Assembly: GCA_051362555.1 (NCBI GenBank)
Contig: CM120647.1
Coordinates: 3,348,001-3,412,000, forward strand
Length of the DNA: 64,000 nucleotides
Direction: 5' to 3'
Origin: Lingula anatina
Lineage: Eukaryota > Animalia > Brachiopoda
A model generated the notes under the pieces. The model was not told the DNA's origin and did not search any database. It was given only the letters and a program-made list of their open reading frames with translations. Position 1 is the stretch's first letter. Each line of letters starts with the position of its first letter. Shown in pieces: positions 39,301 through 51,300 of this stretch. The position numbers and the translations under genes were made by a program.

Positions 39301-42300
39301 ACGTAAATCATTACACTTGCGCGTGTCTTTCCTCATGGAAAAATTAGTCTTTTCAGAGTGGGACGCGACTTGATCAAGACAATTGTAGAGCACAATTACA
39401 GTGCCGCCGGAATGTCCCCTTACCAAATGGCCGTATGGTTTCCCAACCCTGCCCCATATGGTCGAACAATAGAGGCCGTATGATAATTGCAGGGTAGGGG
39501 AATCCCCAAGCAATCCTTATCGGACACCCAAATTAGTCGGTTCAACGAATACGGTCTGACCCTTCTTAATTGCCTCACTTATACCGTTCACTTGGCAGGT
39601 GACACGATGGCATGGAAATCAGTGACATTAACATGTCATATTAAACAAAATCCTCTCTGGCCATTTAGGAAGTCCAGATACACAAACAATCCTGTTGACA
39701 CGTGTCAGTTGATTTAGAATTATGTGCAATTGATTAGTTTGGATTGAAGAGCGTCATCGCAATGTTAACATTAATTTTAGACGACGCGCGTCACACAGTA
39801 GTGATTATGTAATAGTCAGGGATTTATCACTGTGTTTACCCAGCATGAATAAAGCTAACCTGAACTGATTGTTAATTAATGTGAGATGACACGTGCCAAC
39901 CAGTGAAGTAAGCCCGAGGGAATGTAATCCAGCTTTTTAAATTAATTTCTTTTGATGCTTTTAAGTATGAAGAAGGCTTTTGGTTAAGTTTGGGCTTTAG
40001 ATCGTAAAGATGAACTATTCCTATCGTTTTGAATTACATATCAAACAATGATAGAGAAACAGTTGCCTTCTGACAGCATTATAGATATTCCTAGTTTTCC
40101 AAATACATTCGAACTGCATTTGAGAGCTAAAACAGACGAAAGTGCACTTATCATTCCAGGCGAATTCAAGCGCATTCCGAGTATTCCAACGGTACTCTTA
40201 CAATAATAAAGGTCAATTTAAACTTTAGGCTAATTTTAAAAGCAAGTAATTTGGAAGCATGCGGGCATCATTAAGTAATTCATGCACACCTGGACTGGAC
40301 CCCTTTACGACAAAATAGAAATTGTTCAGTGTATATAGTAAAGACAGTTTGAAGCCTAATAAATATTACATGTACAAGTACGAGTAGTGTTTTATTTGAT
40401 CTTTAATAAATTCATAAATTCATTTATTAAACTCTATGTAAATTCAATCAATTCATAGCTACAATGTACACGAAAATTGCTGTCATCACCGAATCTTTTT
40501 GGTAAAGCGACTTTTAAAAATCACTGTTGGCAAGTTCTTATACTTAAAATCTCCGTATCAGAGTAGAGTGATCAAAGTAGAGTGAAGCCACCGCGCATTA
40601 AAGGTAAATTAACGCTTGGATGAACACTTAATTGCGACCACGCTCACCTTCGATCTTTATCTCAGCGAGCTAGGGTTAGGCTCTTTTGTTAGCAGAAAGT
40701 TTGTCACGATAATTGCCCGACGGGCAGGGTATGGAACTATTGTTAACAGAAACCAAACAGCGTATGGATGACAATGTTATTTCCATAGTTACCGAGCCAG
40801 GCCGTCCGTACAACCCGCAGCGACCCGGAGGGTAAGTAAGGGGACATTCCGGCGGCACTGTATATACACGACCTTCTCTGCTTCTTTTTATTATCTATTT
40901 ATTCATCTTTGTTTATTTATCCATCTTATAATCCAGTAACCTACGCGTAAATTATGTTTTCATAGCCTGGTTTACCTGATCCATTAGTTTTATGCATCAA
41001 GCGGATCTAGGAAGGGAGGGCCCAGGGGGTCTGGACCCCCTTTTCTTCAACGCTGACCATAATGTCCTATAATGTATACTGATTTTTAGAAATACTGAAT
41101 CCTCACCTACATACGCCTGTGCATTTAAAAATTACTCAAAACATGCACCCAATACCACTAAAGAAACCCTATTCAGTCATACAAGTGAATTAAAGTTTAC
41201 CTATTTTGGATAATATTTACAGTACAAAAACATTATATTTCAAAAACGCTCTCTCTCATAGCGTTGGGCCAACAACAGGTACTATTTCACCATTATCCCA
41301 TGAAGTCGCAGGCAATATCTTATGTGGAGATGAAGTCGCAATTTATCCTATGAAGTCGATTTGACAGTAAAATCAGAGCATTTATCCCATGAAGTGGTAA
41401 TATACCATGAAGTATCTTAACAGACGTGTTTTCTGCACTCCAATCCAAAATAAGCTCCGTGTATTGTATTCACACACTCACGTACGTGCATGCACACCAC
41501 CTACATGTGTCTTCTACTACACTGCAATACTCTAATAAAGCAGCCATCGCTTAAAGGTACATACGAACCGAGCATCGGTGGAGCGTGGATTCCCAGTAAC
41601 ACATGTAAACCACTTCTACTAGATTCTTATATGACTCAAATAAATTCGACATGCCAAGGGATAAACTGAATAGCCGTAAAAGACATTTAGACTGCTCCTT
41701 TCTTTAAATTTTTGGTTGTAAATTTAACCTACCTTCGTGACCTACTTTCCTGCCCCATTGACATACAGCTTAGAATGCCAGCAGAAAAATCCGTACAAAC
41801 ATCATTTTCGGGTAAAATTAAATAATGCCTTTTGGTAATTCTCTTAGTTATACTACTTGAAACTATATGGTGACATTTTTTTGGTTTTTGTGAAAAAAAA
41901 TGACTTTGTATGCATCTTTAAGAGTCCCTAACATGCGTATAGTCGTTTCTGAAAGGATAATACTAACGGAATTTTTACAATACTACAAACCAGTTCCAAC
42001 AGCAAATTTATAAAGCAACGTAAACAAATGTGCCAAGGCATAGGTGTTCGGCCGTGCTACATGTGTACATACACGTAGGATCTGCGGTTGTTCTATGCCC
42101 TGTTTTCTGATGGCTTCATTATGCGGTCTAACTATGTGTACGTCGAAGCATCTGTGTTATTGGGACCAATATTACTAGGGGACGTATAATGATATGCAGA
42201 GACATGTGACAACCGTATTGGAACACGAGGACTCTGGAGTAGGACTTACCTATCAAATCCTTTAGAAAACGAAGAACGAGCGAAGGGTTGACGAGGTCGT

Positions 42301-45300
42301 AAACTATGGTATCCGAGGCACTGGGAAACTGCACGTGCAACGCTGGTTCTATGGCAACGTTTAGATGAACACTGCCCATGTCATCTGCGTGATCTACATC
42401 ATGTGTCACGTCAGTCACCTGGAAAAACAGATCCTTCAATTTAATTATAGCTACAGTGGCGTATAACTCTGTTCCCACTAAAGGCTCATTACTTTTTATA
42501 TCAGAATCAACTCATCAGGTTGCCTGTATTCAACAGAAACAGTTATTTCCAGACGACAAATTAATATCTGAAAGCCATAATCACAACTATATTCAGAATT
42601 TTAATTTTAAAAATTGGAATTTATTGTCTTTTAAATATGTACTCCCAGCATGTTAATTCTTTGATAACCTGCATTAATATCTACTACTATAAATAATTTT
42701 ATTAATAAAGTACAGAAAAACCGCTCAAATATTACACTCCTTAGAACAATGAAAATACCAATGGTACAATGGTTAAACTGAATAGACAAATAATGTGAGT
42801 AGACCGTTCACTACGAACATCAATAACAGAAACATACATCGGCACCTCACAGAAAAAGTGGGCGCCTTTGAATAGACTAGTAGCAGCTAGTGATGCAGGG
42901 GGGGGGGGGTTTCTTTCTTTTTCGCAAAGATAAATCAACATTGTTTTATTGTTAAGAACAAATTCTGGTTGAATTTCTGGTTGCAGTAAAGAAAAAGTTT
43001 CAAATAAGTTGCAAATAATTTATTAATAATAATATCAATACCCAGCGAACTGAAACTTACAGCAGCTCTGGGAAAGTGCTCCCCGTCGGCTCCATATCTC
43101 CAAGTTGCACCGAGAGTTTGCCGGACTCGTCCTCGGGAATGGTGTCGCAATATGCCGGTACCCTGAAATTTGGGCGAGTTCCAGGATTAAAAAAACACAC
43201 ACATACACATAGGCAGCTGGGGATTGCAGGAACAACAGAACACTATGGCTTCACTGTGGGTGGTCGCGTAATAAAAGTGTGTTATAAACTGCGAACATAG
43301 GTTGAAGGGCGCCCGTCCCCATCTCAAACAGGCGACCTCGACTGACTACAGTTAAACCGTTTTTGGTCGGTATTACTGCTTCCCACTTACCTGGGACGCT
43401 GCCGTAAAACTGTACTTCATGTTGAGGAGAGCGATATTAAGAGGCAAGCAGACGTCTTGTGAGATAGCCAAGCAGTGCACGCCAAGAGATGTACGTTCAG
43501 ATACAAGATAATGATCTTCGTTGACTTCGGTGTATCTGAAAATTAAAGGAACGCACTAGTTTAAAACAGCATACAGATTACTTAAGAATAGTTGTACATG
43601 TACCGTATGTTGCAATTGAAAAATGGCCAACCTGTGATATTTCCTTAATGGGCAGGCATTGCTTGTAGCAAGTACGTTTTCCTTATTTGAAGTAATTACA
43701 ATAATGGTTGCAAACAATGAAAGTAAAAAAAAAGCCATGACTTTTATTCAACAACCTACAACTTCGCCGTGTGCACATTACGTTGTCTACGTTAAAAAAG
43801 TGAATCACTGGACCATCCGCACCTGACCAATGCCTCATAACTGTTGTTCATATTGTAGTCAATGGTTGCATCCAGTCGGATCCCTATCTTCTGTGCTTTG
43901 GGAACAGTGGACTGTAGATGGAGCTGCAGTCCTGCTGTCACCACTATATTCATGTCAACTGACAGCTGCTTTCTTAATGCTGAGGTTGTCTATATACAAA
44001 GGTAAACGTTCGTCTTATACACTGCGATATACTTAAGGGAAAGGAAAACTTGCACAAAGCGAAGGGGGATGGAGTACAAAGCGAAGCTTTGGAGTACCAT
44101 GTGTATACATGTATTCCAGAATAAATGTTTCGTGTGTATTATAAGAAGTAAGTACGTAGCCTTAATACAACACATGATATAATTAAATTCATTGTATTAT
44201 TAGGTCGATGCATCGGTAACTTAAGTATTTACCGTTACGTTTTCCATATCATGATTTAGGTTAACGACAAGCTACAATGTTTGTAATAGCCACTGTATTC
44301 AAAACATGCAGGAACAACATGCAAGTTGGCAGCGCAGGTACCTCAAACATCGCCTTCTTTTTCAGTGATGTAAATATGCCATCAGTGGATATTTGGTTGT
44401 TCAGCCGTCTGTCGGGGTGGAAAGCTGTGTAGGGAGCAGACGTCAGCACTGTGTCTTTGTTTAAGTCCTGGATGGGGATACACTCCAGGAAAACGTAGCC
44501 CCCTTTCTCAAACCTTGAAATAACCTGAATAGAAATATGTATCTCTCGTGAAGCCCAGATTGGCGATTGGTATGCTAAACATGCAACTACATCTTCATAT
44601 TTTTATTCTACAAAAGTCATGCAGAAAATGTGGAACAATTATGCATTATATAGTTTTAACGTTATATGCACAATATCCAAAACGGCTCATCTCCCCTTGT
44701 AACACAATGCTATAGTCTACATGTATGTGCTGCAGAGTCAAATGGTGATATGATATACCAGTCAAGTCATCAGTTTACCTGACCGAGAAAGGCGCCGGAT
44801 GTACGTCCTGGAATAACGTCACCTACGACTGGTGGCGCCGTCTCTTGATTCACTGACTCACTAATGTGCAGGCTTCTGTCATTTTGTTCTCCGCCGTGAC
44901 AGTACATTGTGTTAGATGTGGAGACAGGGGAGACAGCAATGGGACTAGAAAACACATTGAGTACGCCACATGTTATGCGCTTTTCTATATAAAAATATTA
45001 AGTGTCCTTTATATGCATGTGCGAACACATTAAAAATGTACAGTAAACTTTCCTATGGCATTGAATACATTTTTTCAAATTTAAATATGTTTTACGCCCC
45101 ACTGTTGACCAATAATAAGCAAAAACTGAATTGTACCGTGTCAGTATTCATAGAAAAATCTCAGAATATTGCAAAAAGACGACAAAAATAAGAGTTGTCG
45201 TTACTAAAAATATTATGTACAGCTCGACCGGGACCGGAAATTAAATATGATGTACTACACATGATATAATGTGTCACGTTTTGACGTAACAAAGATGTAA

Positions 45301-48300
45301 TGAGACAGAAAGTATACATTGTATACAAATATGTCATTCACCTAAAAGACATAGCCTGACTACACGTCTTCACTTTGGCGTGATACGTCACAGCCTCAGA
45401 TTCTGTTACAATACCCTCTATGTCCTCGAGGAAGCCCTGGCTTTCCCCGCCGACTACCACATCACCAACGTTAATGTGTTTTGACATACTCTGTCGTAGC
45501 ACAATGTACTGAGACGCCACAGGTCTTATGGTGACATTGTACCAATGTCCAAGACATTTAAAAACATGATCATCTAAAATGAGAAATGAGATATTTTTAT
45601 CAGCTGTGGTTCACATATTCATCAAATAAAAACGTACGCTACTTCCTGTAGTGTAAGGTAAATAATTTATATAAGTAAACTTTGCATTCAGTTTTTCAAC
45701 CATTTATATTTATCGTTTATCATTATTATTATTTGGGGAACAATTTGAAATCAGACCTCCTCGAGATTCACCTTTTAGCACGTGAACTAAGGAACCTCTA
45801 ATGGCTGCGCCTTCCCACATGTAGGCAATTTTAAAGATGCGTTTCTCCGGCACGTGCTCTAGCGTCCTATCATCCATGAGGGAACGGACAGGAACTGTTT
45901 GGTTAAAGTTGGCATACTGGATGACATCTTCCAACGAGGCCCTTACAGCAGCAAAATATTGGTATGTTCCTGAACAAAACGATTGCCATAGCTGATAAAA
46001 ACATATAATACTAGTATAGTGGTGTATACTGAATCATGCAAATGTTATAAGCCTATTAAAATACATTTAAAGGGGAGGATTAAATTAAAATCTCGCTTTA
46101 ATGAAATGTACCATTGATGCTATTCATACATTGAAAATCACGACATACACTTTGTCCAAAAATGCATGTTTATATTTTATGCCGATTATTGGTTAAACGC
46201 CATTGAAATGCAACTTTTATAAAGCGTACTTTAGTAATATATTCAGGTTGTGCTATATTAATGCGTTAGAAATATCACTGAACCAGAGAGAACTACTACT
46301 GACATACATGTAAAGTCATAAGTTACGTCAAAAAAGTATTCGACATTGTACAATTAGCCAGAAGTATTTCCACACATTGTTTATTTGGTTGACAAATAGT
46401 GTTACATGTAGTATAATAAACTCACCTTTTTCTTGAGTTGCGTACACTTTATGCATGATTCCTCCAGCTTGCTTGCTGACAATGACAAAATCTCTAAACC
46501 TGGAATACTTGACCTTGTCTCTGGTCACAAGAATGGAGTGACCTATTAAAAATTATTCAGACAGATGGAAAAAAATCAGCATGCGTTTTAAATTTTAATT
46601 CAATTGCGTGCGAAAGTGAATATTGAAGCGTAACTGAAATAGGATCAGCATGCCCACTGGAATACCTGTATCTTTATGATGAACTGTGGGTTAACCTTTG
46701 GTACAGTAATACATTTGTAGTAAAAGGGATAAGACTTTTTATTAATTATATATAAAAGTTATCGATAACGTTGCTTTTATTTGTAATATTTGTCACATTC
46801 GTCACAAGTATTGCAGTAACATGACGCTATGTTCAACAAAATGTACTTACAGACTTGCAAACTTTTGATAGAACTCATAAAAGGCATATAATGAGATATC
46901 TCGTATTCCACTTTGCATCATATTTTAATAACTCATAAACATTACAGATATCATACATGAATGCTCACCTCTTTGTTCTGTATTTGATATAGGGCACACA
47001 TAAAACTCTGCATTGCCAGGCTGAATGACCTTCACGTGTGCGTGCAATGTCGTATCTAGGGCTCGGTCGCCATGGTTATAGACTGGTCGCACTAGGCCAT
47101 TTAGGCATTTCCTCATGTCCCATTGACGGCAGCTATATGAGATCTAACCGGTGTAATATGCAAGAAAACATATTTCCTAAGGTAATTTGCAGAATAATTA
47201 GACATAAAAACTTTAATATTCTACATTTATCGGTGAATGGTATGCGTTCAGTTATTAAATATGAAGAAACACATATGTATGTTATTATATAGTGCAGTCA
47301 TCATTTGCTTACTTACAAGAAATGGCATTTACATATTTACACAAATACTTTACTGAAGGATTATAACGGCACCCATTAAACAGATTGCGGGTCCATTAAT
47401 GGTTTATTGTTCTTATTATTTTTATTTACATTATAAATACTCTTACTCACATCGTCACTGAAACAGGCCTCCACGTCTCTACACCTGTGACAAAGCTCAT
47501 CATTGGAATACCGTATGGTGGAGTTACACTGGCGGTAGTCACAGCCGATATACTGAATACATTAAATATACAGCATTATGTCAAAAACGAGATGATGGTG
47601 ATTTAAGCCGTTATCGATTTTTTCACACGAAGTGTATATTTTCGGACATGATATTTGTGAATCACTTGGAATTGACATAGTATGGTAAAAGAAACAGCTG
47701 AAGTACAGTGATCATACAATCCATTTAAAATCTAACTAATATTGTATCAGATCTCAGTTTTGTTTAATCTGTTATTAATTTTACATTTGGCACCTAACTG
47801 GGACTTTCACACCCCACAAATTCATTTTCATACTATTCAAATCATGTGTAGCTTCTGCTTAAGGTAATAGCGTATATATTGTAATAACAAACGTATCATA
47901 AAAGCTTTCTTTAATCAACATACCTCAACTTGACTAGAACATCCCATGTGTGTGTCTACAGAGAAACAGTCGTGATAGAACCATGTTCCACACTGCTCTC
48001 TCCACGGCTGAGACTCGTGGCCTGGCAGACATCTTTGTTTGTGGTCACACCACCCACACCCGGGCTGTTCAGTGCAAGATCTACATGTGCTGTACACGGG
48101 GCAGTAGCTTACTGAACAGGCGCGGCCCTATGAACAAAAAGGGTCATGCAATTGAAAAACTGTTTGTCAGTGATAAGATATTACATGTTTTGATAAAGGC
48201 ATTTTAAAATTAGTGCACAGTTATTTAGCCCATTTGTCTGCATCATAGTTTGGTCGTGGAAACAGGACCGAACATCTGATATTGTGCACAACAATTTTGC

Positions 48301-51300
48301 TTGATTCATTTATTCAGGATCTTCTTCTAATGAACTTCAATATACGTAACACCATCGAGACAACCTCGTATCCAATGAAGGATTTACCTGCCACCCAGGC
48401 TGACACTTGCACTGGTTCGGTCCCACACATGTCCCGTACTGTCCACACTTGTTCCTGTCTCTACAGTGGTACACAGAGCAGTCCTTTCCTTCCCAGCCAC
48501 GGTTACAGTGACATCGTTTATCTTTACCACACCTCCCATTGTAGGTGCAGCCATTGGGACACTCGTTAACTATGGTACATATAGAAGGACAAAGCTGTAT
48601 AACGATGGGGATAGGAATGAGGAGGTACTTTGTAAATACAATGAAAAATACAGTGGAAATTAGGGCATACTAAAATATAATAGCGTACTTCAAACGCAAG
48701 CAGCCAGCTTGAGCATACAAGTAGTTGGCCCCTTATGTACATTTGAAAATTAGGTTATGTTATTAGAATGTCATTTATGATAGTTTGTAGTAAAATTATT
48801 ACCTGCGGACCGTTTACAAATATACGGAGAAAGACTGAAACAATCATCTTTGTAGATGTGTGCATTGCCGTCAATACTCGACAAATTGAACAGTGGGCAT
48901 TTTCCGTCCTCCTGGAAACCGTTACAAGGATACATGTATGCGAGTAGATAAATCGAAAAATAAAAATATGTATAAACTATGCCATATAATCCAAATTCTC
49001 ACTACCGTATGTTTATTCCATGTATGTATGTATTTGTTTTATAACATGTATGCTAACATGTCACATACTACACATTGATATTGTTAACCTCTTGTTCTGT
49101 CTGTATTTCATTTGTCATTGTCAATCTTTTCTATTCAAAACCGGATGGAAGAACACAAAATACCATACCTTATCCCACGTCTCTGTCCATATGCCAAAAC
49201 TGCGCTCTCCCACCGCTAGTGACCGTAGTATACTGATTGCAAATGCTCGCTCAGACTTCGTAGCAAGATTGACCAACATACTGTATTGACTCTTGAACAA
49301 AGTAGTGGAAATATATGTAAGCAATCAATAACGTTATCTCACAAGATTCATCAAATATTTGCTACAGTGTATATCCCTCTCTGAATACAATATTTATCCT
49401 TGTTAGTAGACCAACGACTTAATGAATAAATGTCAATTGAATACCTCACAAGAAGCTCGAGCTTGAGTGAAGTTTTGTGCTCCCCCGACGTACAAGTAAC
49501 ACACCATCTTATTCTGCAGCCAACCAAGAGGACACGAATCTGGAACAGATAAATTCTGTATCATCAGCAATTCACCCAAACGATTTACCATGAAACCAAT
49601 TGTTTTAGATTTACCAGATAGATACTGTACCTGGTTTATAAATATCCCTAGGGTAATTCACATATGGTTTATCAAATTACGTTCAAAACGAACTTCATTG
49701 AGTGTATTTTTGTATTCATTGTAGCCGAGAACCAAACCACCTACCAGAAGCTTCCTGTGGCTCACAACCGTCTCTGCCACACTCCTGTATTTCCGGATTC
49801 CAGACAAGATGGTTTGGGCACATCTGGGGAATAACGCCTCCTTCAGTGCAGCTGTAATACCGCCGACAAACTCTGGAGTCGGGAATGAACTGCCCTACGG
49901 GGCACTTTGTTATCTGACGGGGATAATCAGCAGGGAAAACGCTGGGCCCTGAAATATAACATAAAGAAATATCGTAAGATATTGCCAGTTGTAATGTTTT
50001 AATACAAAGAAAGGATAATCAGGCCTTTGGAACCTTAATCCTTTATGTAAATAATTTGGTGAATTTTATGCCAATCCATTTATCTGTTCAACACCAAAAT
50101 ATTGGTTGATTTGTTTTAATTTACTTGTTATTGTTATTATTATTATCATCAATAGATTTTTGTTATCCTAACAAAATATACCAAAAGTAATTCAAGAAAT
50201 ACAATGATGAAATCACATGAAACATTATTAATGTATCGGATCAACTTTTTCATTTAAAATAACCAATAGACATCATGATATAACAGAATAAAAATAAAAA
50301 AATGCAAATATGACTTGTTTCAGCTACAGGGGCGTCAGAGTTAAAAACATTCTCACCTGTTTGATAAGAAGACATGGAATTGATGATTGGGTGTATAGAG
50401 ACCTCGGGGTATGGGAACCCCGTGCCCCTATCTCGTAGCCTCTGCTTGATCTGCGCATGCTCTGTCAGACCCCACCAGTTGGAAGACGCATTCACAGTTG
50501 AAGAGGCCCCTTCACTTGTCATCTCAAATATAAATGTAGGGTTTTGGAAGACGTTGTCGTGGAGAAACGATGAGCCACCAGCAACTATGGCTGCCATGTT
50601 GTTTGCATCTCTTGCAATATTGTAGTATATGATGTTGTCAGTGGTGACGTCACTCGTGTTTCTAGTGGCTGGAGTTGTCCACCACATCACATGTAAACCC
50701 GTGTTGTTGTAGATGTAGTTGTTTGTGACGGTTCCAGACACACCCTCCAGGTGGATGACATCACTGTACCCATCTCCCTGTCCGTGTTGTATCACATTCC
50801 CATCTATACTGCATTGCTGTGTATGAGGACCGTCCTCTACTTCTACCACCTGAATGCTCTCTTGCTGGGTTGTAAAGAGAATCTGGTTGCTCCAAACGTT
50901 CAACTTATTGTTTTGGAATACGCTGTGAGTCCTGGCGTGGATGCCACCCTGGTTCCCTTCCATGTAATTGTTTGCTAATGTAGCAATGGTGTCAGCGATA
51001 TTAAGCCGAATAGCTGCTTTGGAATGTTCAGCTCGATGGGAAGTCGAAAGTCCATTTCTATGAAATATGTTTTTGTTGATGTTTATATCCAAATTACTCT
51101 GTCCAAATGTAGTTATGTTAATTCCACCCAGACCATTGTTAAAGAAAGTGTTTTCCTCGATGCCAAAGTTGCCATTTAACCCTAAAAAGCAAACCCAACA
51201 GTATGGATTATGAAACATGTAAAATATACACGTTTACTTGTATTTTTACATACTGTAAATTTTAAACTCTTTCCATAAGAACTCCTATTAATTGACAGTT

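Larger units (their letters stand above)
36076..41422. mobile_element. 5,347-bp non-autonomous TIR element with TGT...ACA termini and a 6-bp TSD
   Basis: TIR TGTTAAGATACTTCATGGTATATTACCACTTCAT is perfectly inverted at the right end. GACGTG occurs at 36070-36075 and 41423-41428. Subterminal ACTTCAT/ATGAAGT motifs repeat at both ends. Confidence 0.88.

Noticed and set aside
39241-39717. ORFs as a transposase of the 5.3-kb element
   Set aside because: They are short, lack DDE or integrase motifs, and one crosses the boundary of a nested element.
41733-41768. 36-nt phase 1-1 micro-exon ([12 protein letters not shown]) in the long intron
   Set aside because: The AAG acceptor is weak and the flanking exons already join in frame, so it was left out of the model without transcript data.
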